A DNA stretch of 32,000 nucleotides from Candidatus Scalindua sp. (GTDB lineage Bacteria; Planctomycetota; Brocadiia; Brocadiales; Scalinduaceae). The DNA is taken from positions 1,650,001 through 1,682,000 of the forward strand of contig JALDRA010000001.1 of the NCBI GenBank assembly GCA_031316235.1. The letters are read 5' to 3'. A program made the position numbers and the translations under genes. Positions within the stretch are counted from its first letter, which is position 1; each line of letters opens with the position of its first letter. The notes under the pieces are model-generated. The model had not been told where the DNA came from. It saw nothing but the letters and a program-made list of their open reading frames with translations, and did not search any database. Shown here piece by piece: positions 10,528 through 20,435 of this stretch.

Positions 10528-11568
10528 ATGGACATTACCGAGTTACTCAAATTTACAAAGGAGCAGAACGCTTCAGATCTGCACATCAGTGCCGGGGAGC
10601 CTCCAGCCGTAAGAAAGGATGGTGACTTACAGAAACTGGATTCACCGCCCCTTGATAAAGAAACAGTACATACTGTCTTATATGAAATCCTCAATGACAA
10701 GCAACGTAAAATTTTTGAAGAAACAATGGAATTGGATTTTGCCATATCATTTGGCGAAACGTCTCGCTACAGGGTAAATGCCTTTATGCAAAGCAGAGGG
10801 GAAGGTATCGTATTCAGGACAATTCCAATCAAAATTCCAACCTTAACGCAATTAGGCCTTCCTGAAATCCTTGGAAGAATCGCAAAAAAAGAGAAGGGAC
10901 TGGTGCTCGTAACAGGGCCAACGGGCAGTGGCAAGTCTACCACCCTTGCAGGCATGATAGAGCTCGTCAATACCGAAGATAAAGTACACATAATCACAGT
11001 TGAAGACCCCATTGAATTTCAATATGAGCCCAAAAAAGCCCTCATAAATCAGAGAGAACTTGGTCCTCACACCAAGAGCTTTGCAAATGCATTGCGTTCA
11101 GCATTAAGGGAAGATCCTGATGTGATATTGGTTGGAGAAATGAGGGATCTGGAAACAATCTCTCTGGCCATAACTGCTGCTGAGACAGGCCACCTGGTTT
11201 TTGGCACTCTGCATACCTCAAGCGCGCCAAAAACAATTGACAGGATCATAGACGTCTTCCCTGCGGACCAGCAATCACAAATCAGGGCAATGTTTTCAGA
11301 ATCAATCCTTGCCGTTATCAGCCAGAATCTTGTAAAACGAAAAGATAGATCAGGCAGGGTGGCAGCTCTGGAAATAATGGTTGTAACCCCTGCCATAAGA
11401 AATCTCATCAGAGAAGGGAAGGTTGCCCAAATACACTCTGCCATACAAACGGGGAAACAATTTGGAATGCAGACGATGGATAATGCCTTACGAGAGCTTT
11501 ATGAAAACGGGATTGTTGAATTAGATGATATCCAGAAATTATTGACAAACCCCGATATCATAAGATGA
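10528..11568 (+). CDS. pilT: Type IV pilus retraction ATPase PilT
   Basis: It has Walker A GPTGSGKST, Walker B/Asp box ILVGEMRD, His box GHLVFGTLHT and the PilT signature AIRNLIREGK. AAGGAG lies 9-10 nt upstream of ATG 10528. The track start at 10465 is probably an upstream extension. Confidence 0.9.
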   Translation: MDITELLKFTKEQNASDLHISAGEPPAVRKDGDLQKLDSPPLDKETVHTVLYEILNDKQRKIFEETMELDFAISFGETSRYRVNAFMQSRGEGIVFRTIPIKIPTLTQLGLPEILGRIAKKEKGLVLVTGPTGSGKSTTLAGMIELVNTEDKVHIITVEDPIEFQYEPKKALINQRELGPHTKSFANALRSALREDPDVILVGEMRDLETISLAITAAETGHLVFGTLHTSSAPKTIDRIIDVFPADQQSQIRAMFSESILAVISQNLVKRKDRSGRVAALEIMVVTPAIRNLIREGKVAQIHSAIQTGKQFGMQTMDNALRELYENGIVELDDIQKLLTNPDIIR

Positions 11569-11630
11569 AATTTGCCGGTAATTCCTTGTCGAGAAATTTT
11601 ATTCACTATTTTTCAGGATTGATATAGCAA

Positions 11631-12737
11631 ATGGAAATGAGAAAAATTTTGGAAGAGATGGTAAGGCTAGATGCTTCAGACGTCTACCTGACAGTACATT
11701 TCCCACCTGCCTACCGTGTAGACGGCAAAATTACACCGAGTGAAACCCCTGCATTGAAGCCGTATGATACAGAGAGGCTTGCCTTTGATACCATGACAGA
11801 GAAGCAAAAGGCAATTTTCCTTGAAGGGAAAGAGATGAACCTTGCTCTCGGCCTTAAGTCTCTTGGCCGTTTTCGGATAAATGTGTTATATCAAAGAGGC
11901 AGTATCAGCCTTGTTATTCGCCAGATAAAGCTTGATATCAAAACTGTTGATGATTTACAGTTGCCTGAAGTCCTGAAAAGTGTCATAATGGCCAAAAGAG
12001 GCCTTGTCCTCGTAGTTGGCGGTACAGGTTCGGGAAAATCTACATCACTTGCGGCCATGATAGACTATAGAAATACAAACTCTCATGGACATATTATTAC
12101 GGTTGAAGATCCAATTGAATTTATTCACAAACATAAAAAGTCAATAATCACTCAAAGGGAGGTTGGGATGGATACCCTTTCCTTTGCTGATGCCTTAAAA
12201 AATACCCTGAGACAGGCACCAGATGTTATTCTCATAGGTGAGATCAGGGATACAAATACCATGGAATCTGCCATAACCTTTTCTGAAACAGGCCATCTTT
12301 GCTTAGGCACCCTACACGCAAACAATGCCAATCAGGCGATTGAACGTATTATCAATTTTTTCCCATCAGAAAGGCACGATCAAATATATCTTTTACTCTC
12401 GTTAAATCTCAATTCAATTATATCGCAGAGACTGATACCTACAATTGAAGGAGGAAGAGCCGCTGCCTTTGAAATATTAATAAACAGCCCAAGAATAAAA
12501 GATTTGCTGCTCAAAGGTGAAATTGAGTTACTGAAAGAAACCATGTCACAGGGCAACCAGGAAGGCATGTTGACATTTGACCAGTCAATATTTAATCTAT
12601 ACAGATCAAAAATAATAAGTTATGAGAATGCACTTGCGTATGCCGACAGTACAAATGATGTCCGGTTAAGGATAAAGACTGAGAATCTGGAACCAGAGGG
12701 CCAGCAGGTAAAACAAGCTTTTAAGATTAGGGAATAG
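11631..12737 (+). CDS. PilT/PilU-family hexameric ATPase (PilU-like paralog)
   Basis: It has Walker A GGTGSGKST, ILIGEIRD and GHLCLGTLHA. The AIRNLIRE position is replaced by PRIKDLLLKGE, as in PilU-like paralogs. Its stop TAG (12735-12737) abuts the ATG of the next gene. Confidence 0.8.
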   Translation: MEMRKILEEMVRLDASDVYLTVHFPPAYRVDGKITPSETPALKPYDTERLAFDTMTEKQKAIFLEGKEMNLALGLKSLGRFRINVLYQRGSISLVIRQIKLDIKTVDDLQLPEVLKSVIMAKRGLVLVVGGTGSGKSTSLAAMIDYRNTNSHGHIITVEDPIEFIHKHKKSIITQREVGMDTLSFADALKNTLRQAPDVILIGEIRDTNTMESAITFSETGHLCLGTLHANNANQAIERIINFFPSERHDQIYLLLSLNLNSIISQRLIPTIEGGRAAAFEILINSPRIKDLLLKGEIELLKETMSQGNQEGMLTFDQSIFNLYRSKIISYENALAYADSTNDVRLRIKTENLEPEGQQVKQAFKIRE

Positions 12738-14054
12738 ATGAGAGACGCTATAGAAGAAAAGATATTAGACCTCGCCACTAGAAAGGTCGATTCAGCAGAG
12801 GTGATTTACGAAGAAGGAGAATCCAGATCTATCAGCTTTGAAAATAATAAGCTGAAGTCCGTTCACACAAAGTCGATTAGAGGAGTTGGCTTGCGGGTGA
12901 TAAGAGAAGGAAAAATCGGTTTTTCCAGTACAACAGATTTCAGAGATCCCGAGAGGGTTGTCTCAAATGCAATTGAAAGTGCTAAATTTGGTCAGAAAGC
13001 ATATTTCGAGTTTCAATCAAAAACACAATACAAGGATGTGAAACTCTACGATGAAGAGGTAGTTAGTTATCCGATTGAAAAAGGGATCCAAATTGGCAGG
13101 GAGGCGATCGAAAAAGCTCTTACCGTTAACCCAAATTATGAATGTGGGGTTAGTATTGCAAAGGGTGTGGGAAAATATCGTTTACTTAACTCAAAGGGGC
13201 TGGACGTGAGTTCTCAATCTACGTCCATCGGCTTAGGCCTCGACATACTATTAGTGAGGGACAGTAGCCTCTTGTTGGTAAGCGAAGGAGAAAGCTCTAC
13301 AAAATTAATTAAAGATCTTGATAAGCATACCACAAAAGCCCTGAATAGTTTAAGATTGGCAGAAAAGGAGTGTAAGGTTGCAACTGCGGGTTATCCGGTT
13401 ATCTTTACTTCCAAGGCAATTGGAAATCTTCTCGCAACATTTGAAAGCGTATGTAATGGGAAGTTAGTGCAAAAAGGAGCCTCTCCTTTAACGGGAAAGC
13501 TTGGGGAAAAAATACTCGACGAAAGAATTACCATATATGACGACTCAACAATTGACTATGCAGATGGCAGTTTTATCTGTGATGATGAAGGAGTACCTGC
13601 ACAGAAAACCATACTCTATGAATCCGGAGTCCTGAGAAACTACATTTACGATTTACAAACAGCCGGAATTATGAATACAAAATCTACGGGTAATGGAACA
13701 AGAAGCTTTGCATCGCAGCCCTCTCCAGGAAACTCCAATATTGTCGTTGAAACGGGCAACATGAGTTTTGAAGCTATGATTAAGGACCTAAAGCGTGGTA
13801 TCCTTATCGATCAGGTTTTAGGTGGCGGCCAAAGTAACACGTTGGCGGGAGAATTCTCTGTCAATATTGATCTCGGGTATCTCGTTGATAACGGAGAAAT
13901 TGTGGGCAGGGTTAAGGATTGCATGATAGCTGGTAATGTATTTGACATTTTCAACAACCTGATAGCCATTGGAAACCAATCAGACTGGCATGGCTCTCTC
14001 AAGGCTCCTCCTTTCTATTTTCGATCGATAAATGTTGCAGGAAACAAAAGTTAA
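12738..14054 (+). CDS. pmbA: PmbA/TldE-type protein (TldD/PmbA family, no HExxxH)
   Basis: It is colinear with the TldD/PmbA fold (GVGLRVI..GKIGFSST; C-terminal GGGQSNTLAGEFSV...GNVFD) but lacks the metal-binding HExxxH. Confidence 0.8.
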   Translation: MRDAIEEKILDLATRKVDSAEVIYEEGESRSISFENNKLKSVHTKSIRGVGLRVIREGKIGFSSTTDFRDPERVVSNAIESAKFGQKAYFEFQSKTQYKDVKLYDEEVVSYPIEKGIQIGREAIEKALTVNPNYECGVSIAKGVGKYRLLNSKGLDVSSQSTSIGLGLDILLVRDSSLLLVSEGESSTKLIKDLDKHTTKALNSLRLAEKECKVATAGYPVIFTSKAIGNLLATFESVCNGKLVQKGASPLTGKLGEKILDERITIYDDSTIDYADGSFICDDEGVPAQKTILYESGVLRNYIYDLQTAGIMNTKSTGNGTRSFASQPSPGNSNIVVETGNMSFEAMIKDLKRGILIDQVLGGGQSNTLAGEFSVNIDLGYLVDNGEIVGRVKDCMIAGNVFDIFNNLIAIGNQSDWHGSLKAPPFYFRSINVAGNKS

Positions 14055-14405
14055 CGCATGCTTTTTGTGTCACAATAGTATACAGCATTCTCAATTTAAT
14101 ACATGCTTTTCAAAAGCAAGAAAAACCACATAAACCTTCACATGCTTTTTCTTTATCCTCTGGTACCAGCCCGCTGTATTTCAAACCATTGCACTGCAGC
14201 TACTTATGGATTCAAACACCTTGTAAATCTCACCTCAATCTGAACAACCAAAAAAAATAAACCGTAATCCCCTCTTTGAATAGATTTTCGGAAGAGACAG
14301 ACTCAACTCTCTTATTTTCAACACATTGAGATAATTCTCCTGAAACCATTCCTATTGGTACGAAAGTTGTTATACAATAACCTCTACCCTGTTTGCACGG
14401 AACAG

Positions 14406-14465
14406 ATATACTCATCTCATAATGGTTTTCGGATAAAATCCGAGATAAATTTGATCGAGTATACC
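14406..14465 (+). repeat. Modular hairpin repeat, module A only
   Basis: The sequence is ATATACTCATCTCATAATGGTTTTCGGATAAAATCCGAGATAAATTTGATCGAGTATACC. It ends 48 nt upstream of GTG 14514. Confidence 0.85.
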
Positions 14466-14513
14466 AAGTGGAAACAGTAGGTTATGAAAACATTTTTATG
14501 ACAGGAAAAAACG

Positions 14514-15824
14514 GTGCCAGACGAAGACAAGAGAAAAGAACAACTTGCACATAAAATTATAAAGGTGTGTCAACAAGGCAAAGTAACGATGAAAGAGTCA
14601 AATTCTGGCTGTCAAGGAGAGAGAGTTTCATCATCCCAAGATCCAGATCCGATGGATCAGGAAAACGAAGTCATGAAAACCAGAAATCTTGAGTCACTTG
14701 GTATTCTTGCAGGCGGTATTGCCCATGATTTCAACAACATCCTGACTATTATATCAGGTAATATAAGCCTCATCAGGATGCTGGTAACCCCTGAGGGAGA
14801 AATTGCAGGAAGATTGACGGAAATGGAAAAAGCGTTCTTGCGCGCAAAAACCTTGACCCGGCAGCTACTCACCTTTTCCACAGGAGGTGCTCCCGTAAAG
14901 AGAATAATTTGCATCTCCGAATTAATGCGTGATTCTGCTCTGCTTTCCCTGAAGGGGACAGACACCAGATGCTCATTTCATATACCGAATGAGCCATTTC
15001 CTGTTGAAGTTGATACCGAGCAGATGCAACAGGCAATAAACAACCTGATGATTAATGCTGTTCAAGCCCTGCCAGAAGGGGGAAACATTAAGGTAGCGAT
15101 AGAGAATGTAATCCTGGGCTCTGGGAACACTTTGCCATTGTCAAAAGGAAAGTATGTAAAGATAACCATACAAGATGATGGTATCGGTATCTCCCCCGAA
15201 AACATGCAAAAGGTTTTTGATCCATATTTCACAACCAAAGAGATTAACAGCGGTCTCGGGCTTTCCATCGCGTATTCCATCATCAAAAGACAAGGTGGTT
15301 ATATTACCGTCACATCTAAAAAGGAGGTTGGTACCACTTTTTCTCTCTACCTGCCTGCTATGCAACAAGGGATCAGTTTTGAGTCAGGTGTAAAAGAAAA
15401 GAGAGTAAGAGGTAAGACCGCATCGGTTATTGTTAAGAAAATTCTGGTAATGGATGACAAGGAAACGATTAGGAATATTGTGAAAGAGATGCTGATGTAT
15501 ATTTCTTGTGAAGTTGACGTAGCAAGTAACGGTGAAGAAGCCATAAAGCTCTACACAAAGGAGAAAGAATCCGGAAACCCTTTTGATGCAGTTATCATGG
15601 ATCTGATGATAGCAGAGGGTATGGGTGGTCAGGAAACAATAAAAAGGTTGAGAAAAATTGATCCAGATGTTAAAGCTGTTGTTTCGAGCGGTTATTCAAG
15701 TGACCCTGTTATGGCAAATTATGAAAAATACGGTTTTGCTGCCGTACTTCCGAAACCATATAGACTCGAAGACTTGAAGAAGATTTTGCAGAAAGTACTA
15801 GCAGATACTGACGAGCAGTACTGA
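14514..15824 (+). CDS. Cytoplasmic hybrid sensor histidine kinase (HisKA-HATPase-REC), no TM or sensor domain
   Basis: It has the H-box GGIAHDFNNILTII, the N-box QAINNLMINAVQA, the G-boxes DDGIGI and GLGLS, and a receiver domain (ILVMDDKETIRN...VIMDLMIAEGMGG...LPKP). The GTG start may lie slightly further downstream. Confidence 0.85.
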   Translation: MPDEDKRKEQLAHKIIKVCQQGKVTMKESNSGCQGERVSSSQDPDPMDQENEVMKTRNLESLGILAGGIAHDFNNILTIISGNISLIRMLVTPEGEIAGRLTEMEKAFLRAKTLTRQLLTFSTGGAPVKRIICISELMRDSALLSLKGTDTRCSFHIPNEPFPVEVDTEQMQQAINNLMINAVQALPEGGNIKVAIENVILGSGNTLPLSKGKYVKITIQDDGIGISPENMQKVFDPYFTTKEINSGLGLSIAYSIIKRQGGYITVTSKKEVGTTFSLYLPAMQQGISFESGVKEKRVRGKTASVIVKKILVMDDKETIRNIVKEMLMYISCEVDVASNGEEAIKLYTKEKESGNPFDAVIMDLMIAEGMGGQETIKRLRKIDPDVKAVVSSGYSSDPVMANYEKYGFAAVLPKPYRLEDLKKILQKVLADTDEQY

Positions 15825-16188
15825 AATTCTAACCTTGAAGACCCTCACATCGCTCACCCATTTCATCGATAACGCAGACCACAATCTTATACCTATGTCC
15901 CCCTTAAGAAAAGATGTTTGACAAAGGTGACGTATTATCTCAATATATGGGGTAACTGATTGGAGCTATTCGGATGCAGTTATATCAGGGTAGGTGACCA
16001 GCAGGACAGAAATACCGAGAATCTGAGCGGAAATGAGCGATTCCGCGTATCCTTGCAGAAAAACGCGCGCTTCCTGCTGTTAAAAGCCTGTTAACGAAAA
16101 TTAATCTCACGAATGAGACTTCCTGAAAAGGCCTCAATAACAAAGAGTCCTTTACCATGAATATTACGTAAGCCTGAGAGAAATTAAG

Positions 16189-16842
16189 ATGCTTGGATTA
16201 AATGAACATGCTTCGATTATTGTTTTTCCAATACTATTTGTGGTTGTCGTTACGAGGATAGTACTCTATTTTATTGAAAGGGGAAAGATTCGCAATTGCA
16301 GACAACAAGCAGAGCAAAGGGAAAAATCACCACAGGTGATACCGGTAAAGAGAGTAAAAGAAAACAAAAACGAAGAGAAACTTAACGTTGGAAAGGAAGA
16401 GACACGCCGGAAAGTACCAGATGGCATCAATGTCAAACAGCAAAGAGAGCAAACTGATAAACCGGAAGACAATAAGAGTATAAACGTAAGCCAGGGTGAC
16501 AAAATTTCCGTACCTGTTTCGATTCAAGAGCAAAAACAATCAATACATCAACCGGGAATGCTGGCTAGCGGAAAAGAGAAGGCAACGAGTGGGCAATGGG
16601 AAGAAGTAGAAAAAAAATGGATACAAATCAAAAATAACGACTCTTGTAAAATAGTCAGAAAAATCCTTGGGCCTCCAACATCCATAAAACCACTGGAGGA
16701 AAACAGGGAGCTGTGGGTGTATGTTTATGGTTTGAAGGAAAAACGGACCCTGACATTCAATTGCGGAATCTTAGAAAAAACTGAAATTGGAGAAAATGTA
16801 TTCGCTAAGGCCTTAATGGATCTCCAGGCAAAGAAAAGTTGA
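16189..16842 (+). CDS. Hypothetical membrane-anchored protein (N-terminal TM, K/E-rich linker)
   Basis: It has one N-terminal TM helix (ASIIVFPILFVVVVTRIVLYFI) and a low-complexity charged linker. The small C-terminal globular part (KIVRKILGPPTSIKPLEENRELWVYVYG) is faintly BamE/SmpA-like. No firm family was recognised. Confidence 0.5.
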   Translation: MLGLNEHASIIVFPILFVVVVTRIVLYFIERGKIRNCRQQAEQREKSPQVIPVKRVKENKNEEKLNVGKEETRRKVPDGINVKQQREQTDKPEDNKSINVSQGDKISVPVSIQEQKQSIHQPGMLASGKEKATSGQWEEVEKKWIQIKNNDSCKIVRKILGPPTSIKPLEENRELWVYVYGLKEKRTLTFNCGILEKTEIGENVFAKALMDLQAKKS

Positions 16843-16876
16843 GCTCGTCTGCTCTGAATCGCCATATATGGTAAGG

Positions 16877-18655
16877 TTATTTTCTCTTAAACTGTTTTTC
16901 TAACGCAGCTATCTTGAATTCCAGGGTTGTCGGACGACCGTGCGGACAAAAATTCGTCATTGAGCTTTTTTTCTTTTTGCCAAGAAGCTCCTGAATTTCT
17001 AGCGAACTCAGTTTCTGTCCAGATTTAACAGCACCTTTACAGGCTAATATCTTCACGACTTTGCTGAGAATATCATCGGTATTTATTCTTAATTCATTCC
17101 TGTTGATTTCCTCCAGCAGGCACTGAATAAAATCACTGTAATCCAGATTTTTTAGGATTTGCGGATGAGTCCTGATGGCTATGGTGCTCTTACCAAATTC
17201 TTCTATCTCCAGCCCCAGTGTATTTAACTCATCCTTAAGACTCATAATCGCAACGTATTCAGCTGGCCTTAACTCAATCAGCTCCGGGATCAAGAGGTTT
17301 TGCGTAACCAGTTTTGAAGTTTTAATACGATCACATATCTCATGGTAAAGAATGATCTCATGAAGGGCGTGTTGATCGATAATGTTTAAACCCTCATCCG
17401 TTTCTTCTACGATGTAAGAGTTGTGGATCTGCAAAAATGAGGTTAAGAGAGTGTTCCTGGAAGGCTGGAATTGATCCAGGGGCGGTGCAGCGTATTCATT
17501 GCTCTGTCGATTCTCATAAGAACCCGCCTGCGAATCAATCTTTCTCTCTAGCGATTCTGAAAAATAATCTGATATCGACTCCATCACTGATTCTTCTTTC
17601 CTCCCTGGTAGAATTTCTAATTCAGGATACAGAGCCTGGTTTTCCATCTGCAATGAGGGTTGAAATTCTGCTTGTCTTAAAGCGGAATGAATTACTGAAT
17701 AGACCTGATCATGGATAACCCCTGCATTCCTGAATCTTACTTCTCTCTTCGTTGGATGGACATTGACATCAACCTCTTTGCTATCGACATGAAGAAACAG
17801 GAAGACGATAGGAGATCTTTTTGTCATTAAAAGGTTTCGATAGGCATTGTTTATTGCATGAAGTATACTACTATCCCTTATAAACCTTCCGTTGAGAAAG
17901 ATAAACTGCATTTTGCTGTTAGGACGGGTATGGGTGGGAGGCATAACATATCCGTATATTGAAACCTCTGGTTCCTCAGCACTTATGGATATAATCTCTT
18001 TGCACATCTCATTTCCAAAAATCGTTTCAATCCTTTCTCTCGTGTCTCTGGCAGAAGGAAAAAGGGAAACATTTTTCCCGTTGTGCAGGGTACTGAAATG
18101 TATCTTTGGGTACGCAAGCGCAAATCTTGTGACCATTTCAGAGATGTGGGACATTTCTGTTTGTGTGCTTTTCAGGAACTTCCGCCTGGCTGGTGTATTG
18201 TAAAATAGATTGTACACCTCTACCTGTGTACCCTCAGGAGCCCCTTTCTCCTTTACCACATGGAGATTTCCGCCCTCAATCATAATTTCTGATCCTGTTA
18301 AAGCACCCTTGGGGCACGATACTATTCTTGCCTGAGATATCGAACCAATACTCGGAAGCGCTTCACCCCGAAACCCCAGCGTATCAATGGAAAAAATATC
18401 TTCCGCCTTCTTCAGCTTACTGGTAGCATGACTTTGAAATGCCAATTCGACATCATCTCTTTCCATGCCGATACCGTTATCTGAAACCCTGATCAGTTTT
18501 TTCCCACTATCTTCCAGCTGGATTTCGATTCGAGAAGCACCTGCATCAATTGAATTTTCAACGAGCTCTTTAATCACTGAAGCAGGACGTTCAATAACTT
18601 CACCTGCAGCTATTTGATTTACAATTATTTGCGATAAAATCTTTATATTAGGCAC
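16877..18655 (-). CDS. mutL: DNA mismatch repair protein MutL
   Basis: The N-terminus is the canonical MutL GHKL ATPase (IKILSQIIVNQIAAGEVIERPASVIKELVENSIDAGA...DNGIGM). The C-terminal dimerisation region includes CPHGRPT. Confidence 0.95.
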   Translation of the reverse strand: MPNIKILSQIIVNQIAAGEVIERPASVIKELVENSIDAGASRIEIQLEDSGKKLIRVSDNGIGMERDDVELAFQSHATSKLKKAEDIFSIDTLGFRGEALPSIGSISQARIVSCPKGALTGSEIMIEGGNLHVVKEKGAPEGTQVEVYNLFYNTPARRKFLKSTQTEMSHISEMVTRFALAYPKIHFSTLHNGKNVSLFPSARDTRERIETIFGNEMCKEIISISAEEPEVSIYGYVMPPTHTRPNSKMQFIFLNGRFIRDSSILHAINNAYRNLLMTKRSPIVFLFLHVDSKEVDVNVHPTKREVRFRNAGVIHDQVYSVIHSALRQAEFQPSLQMENQALYPELEILPGRKEESVMESISDYFSESLERKIDSQAGSYENRQSNEYAAPPLDQFQPSRNTLLTSFLQIHNSYIVEETDEGLNIIDQHALHEIILYHEICDRIKTSKLVTQNLLIPELIELRPAEYVAIMSLKDELNTLGLEIEEFGKSTIAIRTHPQILKNLDYSDFIQCLLEEINRNELRINTDDILSKVVKILACKGAVKSGQKLSSLEIQELLGKKKKSSMTNFCPHGRPTTLEFKIAALEKQFKRK

Positions 18656-19163
18656 GGAACTCTACCCTCAGGCCGTTCATAAAATCCTTATACCGTTCTC
18701 CATAATACGAGATAAGGACATCTCTTGACGTTTGATTCAGTATTCTCATGATTATCTTTATCTGTTCATCAGGGAGACATTCCGTTATCTTATCAGCCCA
18801 TTCAACAACTGAAACTCCATCCCCCCAAAAAAATTCCATACAGTCAATATCATACATCTGATCCGGTGAATCCAGCCTATAGGCATCGAAATGATAAATT
18901 GGCAGCCGCCCTCTATAGTGATTCATTAATACATAACTCGGGCTGGTTACCACTGATCTATCTTTTATTCCCATACCTTCCGCGATACCTTTTACTATAT
19001 GGGTCTTTCCTGCACCTAACTGTCCTGTGAGGGCTATAACATCACCCGGCTGTAATAGTGAGCCGATACGGCATCCAAGCATTACCGTCTCGGCAACTCC
19101 ATTTGTCTGAATGTGAAGCGTTGTGTCAGATGAACTGTATCTATTTTTTCTTAAAATGTTCAT
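18648..19163 (-). CDS. tsaE: tRNA t6A37 biosynthesis ATPase TsaE
   Basis: It has the P-loop TGQLGAGKTHIVKG in a small (~170 aa) YjeE-type protein with ...YHFDAYRL... and WGDGVSVVEW. It overlaps mutL by 8 nt and thiL by 23 nt. Confidence 0.85.
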   Translation of the reverse strand: MNILRKNRYSSSDTTLHIQTNGVAETVMLGCRIGSLLQPGDVIALTGQLGAGKTHIVKGIAEGMGIKDRSVVTSPSYVLMNHYRGRLPIYHFDAYRLDSPDQMYDIDCMEFFWGDGVSVVEWADKITECLPDEQIKIIMRILNQTSRDVLISYYGERYKDFMNGLRVEFRA

Positions 19164-20067
19164 ACCCCATTGGTAATAACTCCTTTACCTCTCCATTTGA
19201 ATGGTATAAGTCTATGCCCCGGGTCTTTTTAATGCGGCCAATTCTTGATAAACGTGTGGAAAATACGTTTGAATCAAGCAGCTTCACTGATTCAGCCTCG
19301 GAAAGAGTAAAGAGCAGTTCATAGTCTTCACCGTCATAAAGTGCATGGTCAAAGGCGCTTCGGCCTGTTTTACGGGACAATCGATCAGCATCAGAAGATA
19401 CCGGTATTTTATCCTCATATAATTCCGCACCTGTCCCACTCGCCACGAGGATATGATGCAGATCAGCCACGAGACCGTCGCTGATATCTATCATAGCGTT
19501 TATCTTGAATTTTTTGTTCAAAATAAACCCTTCTCTCAGGCGAGGTGTAAAGGTTAAGTGCTTTTTCACTATCGAACCTCCAAGTGTACCCGTTACCAGT
19601 ACCGCATCACCCACTCTCGAAGCTGCTCGTGTCACCGGCTTTAACCCACTATTTTCTCCAAGCATCGTTACGTTAACGGCAAACAGGTGTTTGTTGCTCA
19701 CAACATCGCCACCTATTATCTTAATATCAAACTCATCGGCTATCGCCTTCATCCCCATAAACAGCTCTTTTGCAAACCGTGTTTTTGTTTCTTGAGGGAA
19801 GCAGAGAGAAACCACAGCATATTTGGCTATACAACCCATGGCCGCAATGTCACTGATACTGCACGCAATCGACTTTCTCCCCACCTGGCCGGCTGAAGTC
19901 TTTTTTAGCTCAAAGTGTGTGCCCTCTACCAACATATCTGATGTGATGAGGAGCAAATTACTATCATTAATTTTTATCGAGGCACAATCATCGCCTATGT
20001 CAATGGCAATGTTTTTGTCCCGTTTTTGCTGTTTTTTTATCCAATTTATGAAGGTGAATTCTTTCAT
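19141..20067 (-). CDS. thiL: Thiamine-monophosphate kinase ThiL
   Basis: It has the AIR-synthase-like fold signature IGDDCASI...ITSDMLVEGTHF, plus GGDVV and DISDGLVADLHH. Confidence 0.9.
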   Translation of the reverse strand: MKEFTFINWIKKQQKRDKNIAIDIGDDCASIKINDSNLLLITSDMLVEGTHFELKKTSAGQVGRKSIACSISDIAAMGCIAKYAVVSLCFPQETKTRFAKELFMGMKAIADEFDIKIIGGDVVSNKHLFAVNVTMLGENSGLKPVTRAASRVGDAVLVTGTLGGSIVKKHLTFTPRLREGFILNKKFKINAMIDISDGLVADLHHILVASGTGAELYEDKIPVSSDADRLSRKTGRSAFDHALYDGEDYELLFTLSEAESVKLLDSNVFSTRLSRIGRIKKTRGIDLYHSNGEVKELLPMGYEHFKKK

Positions 20068-20382
20068 CCGTATAAAAAAATTATATTAGCTTTTCCCTTA
20101 AATACCAGCATAATTTATTACAAGTACAAAGAAGCGTTACTGTATTAATTTCTTACTCTTTTAAAGAATTTGCGAGTTATGAGATAAAACTTTATTTGTT
20201 GAAAATATATACAAATTATCAGATAATGAACAGAACCTGATTTATCCACACGCGCAATAAAATATAAATAAGGAAAATCAGAATCCGCACTGTTTAAATC
20301 CATAATGCTGCGTTATTTCAGTTTTTATATCTCACGGCGAGTGTCTCCAAACTATTTTTTAACAGCTGGTTCTTCCCTGTTG

Positions 20383-20397
20383 TGGCACACGAAGTGC
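20383..20397 (+). promoter_or_regulatory. Sigma54-like promoter box TGGCAC-N5-GTGC (GG-N10-GC)
   Basis: The sequence TGGCACacgaaGTGC has GG at 20384-85 and GC at 20396-97. It sits on the correct strand in the thiL/20643 divergent intergenic region, about 40 nt upstream of repeat copy 20436-20549 and 246 nt upstream of ATG 20643. Confidence 0.35.
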
Positions 20398-20435
20398 GGA
20401 TTCAAACATTCCGGTTGGTATAGAATTAATAGGGG

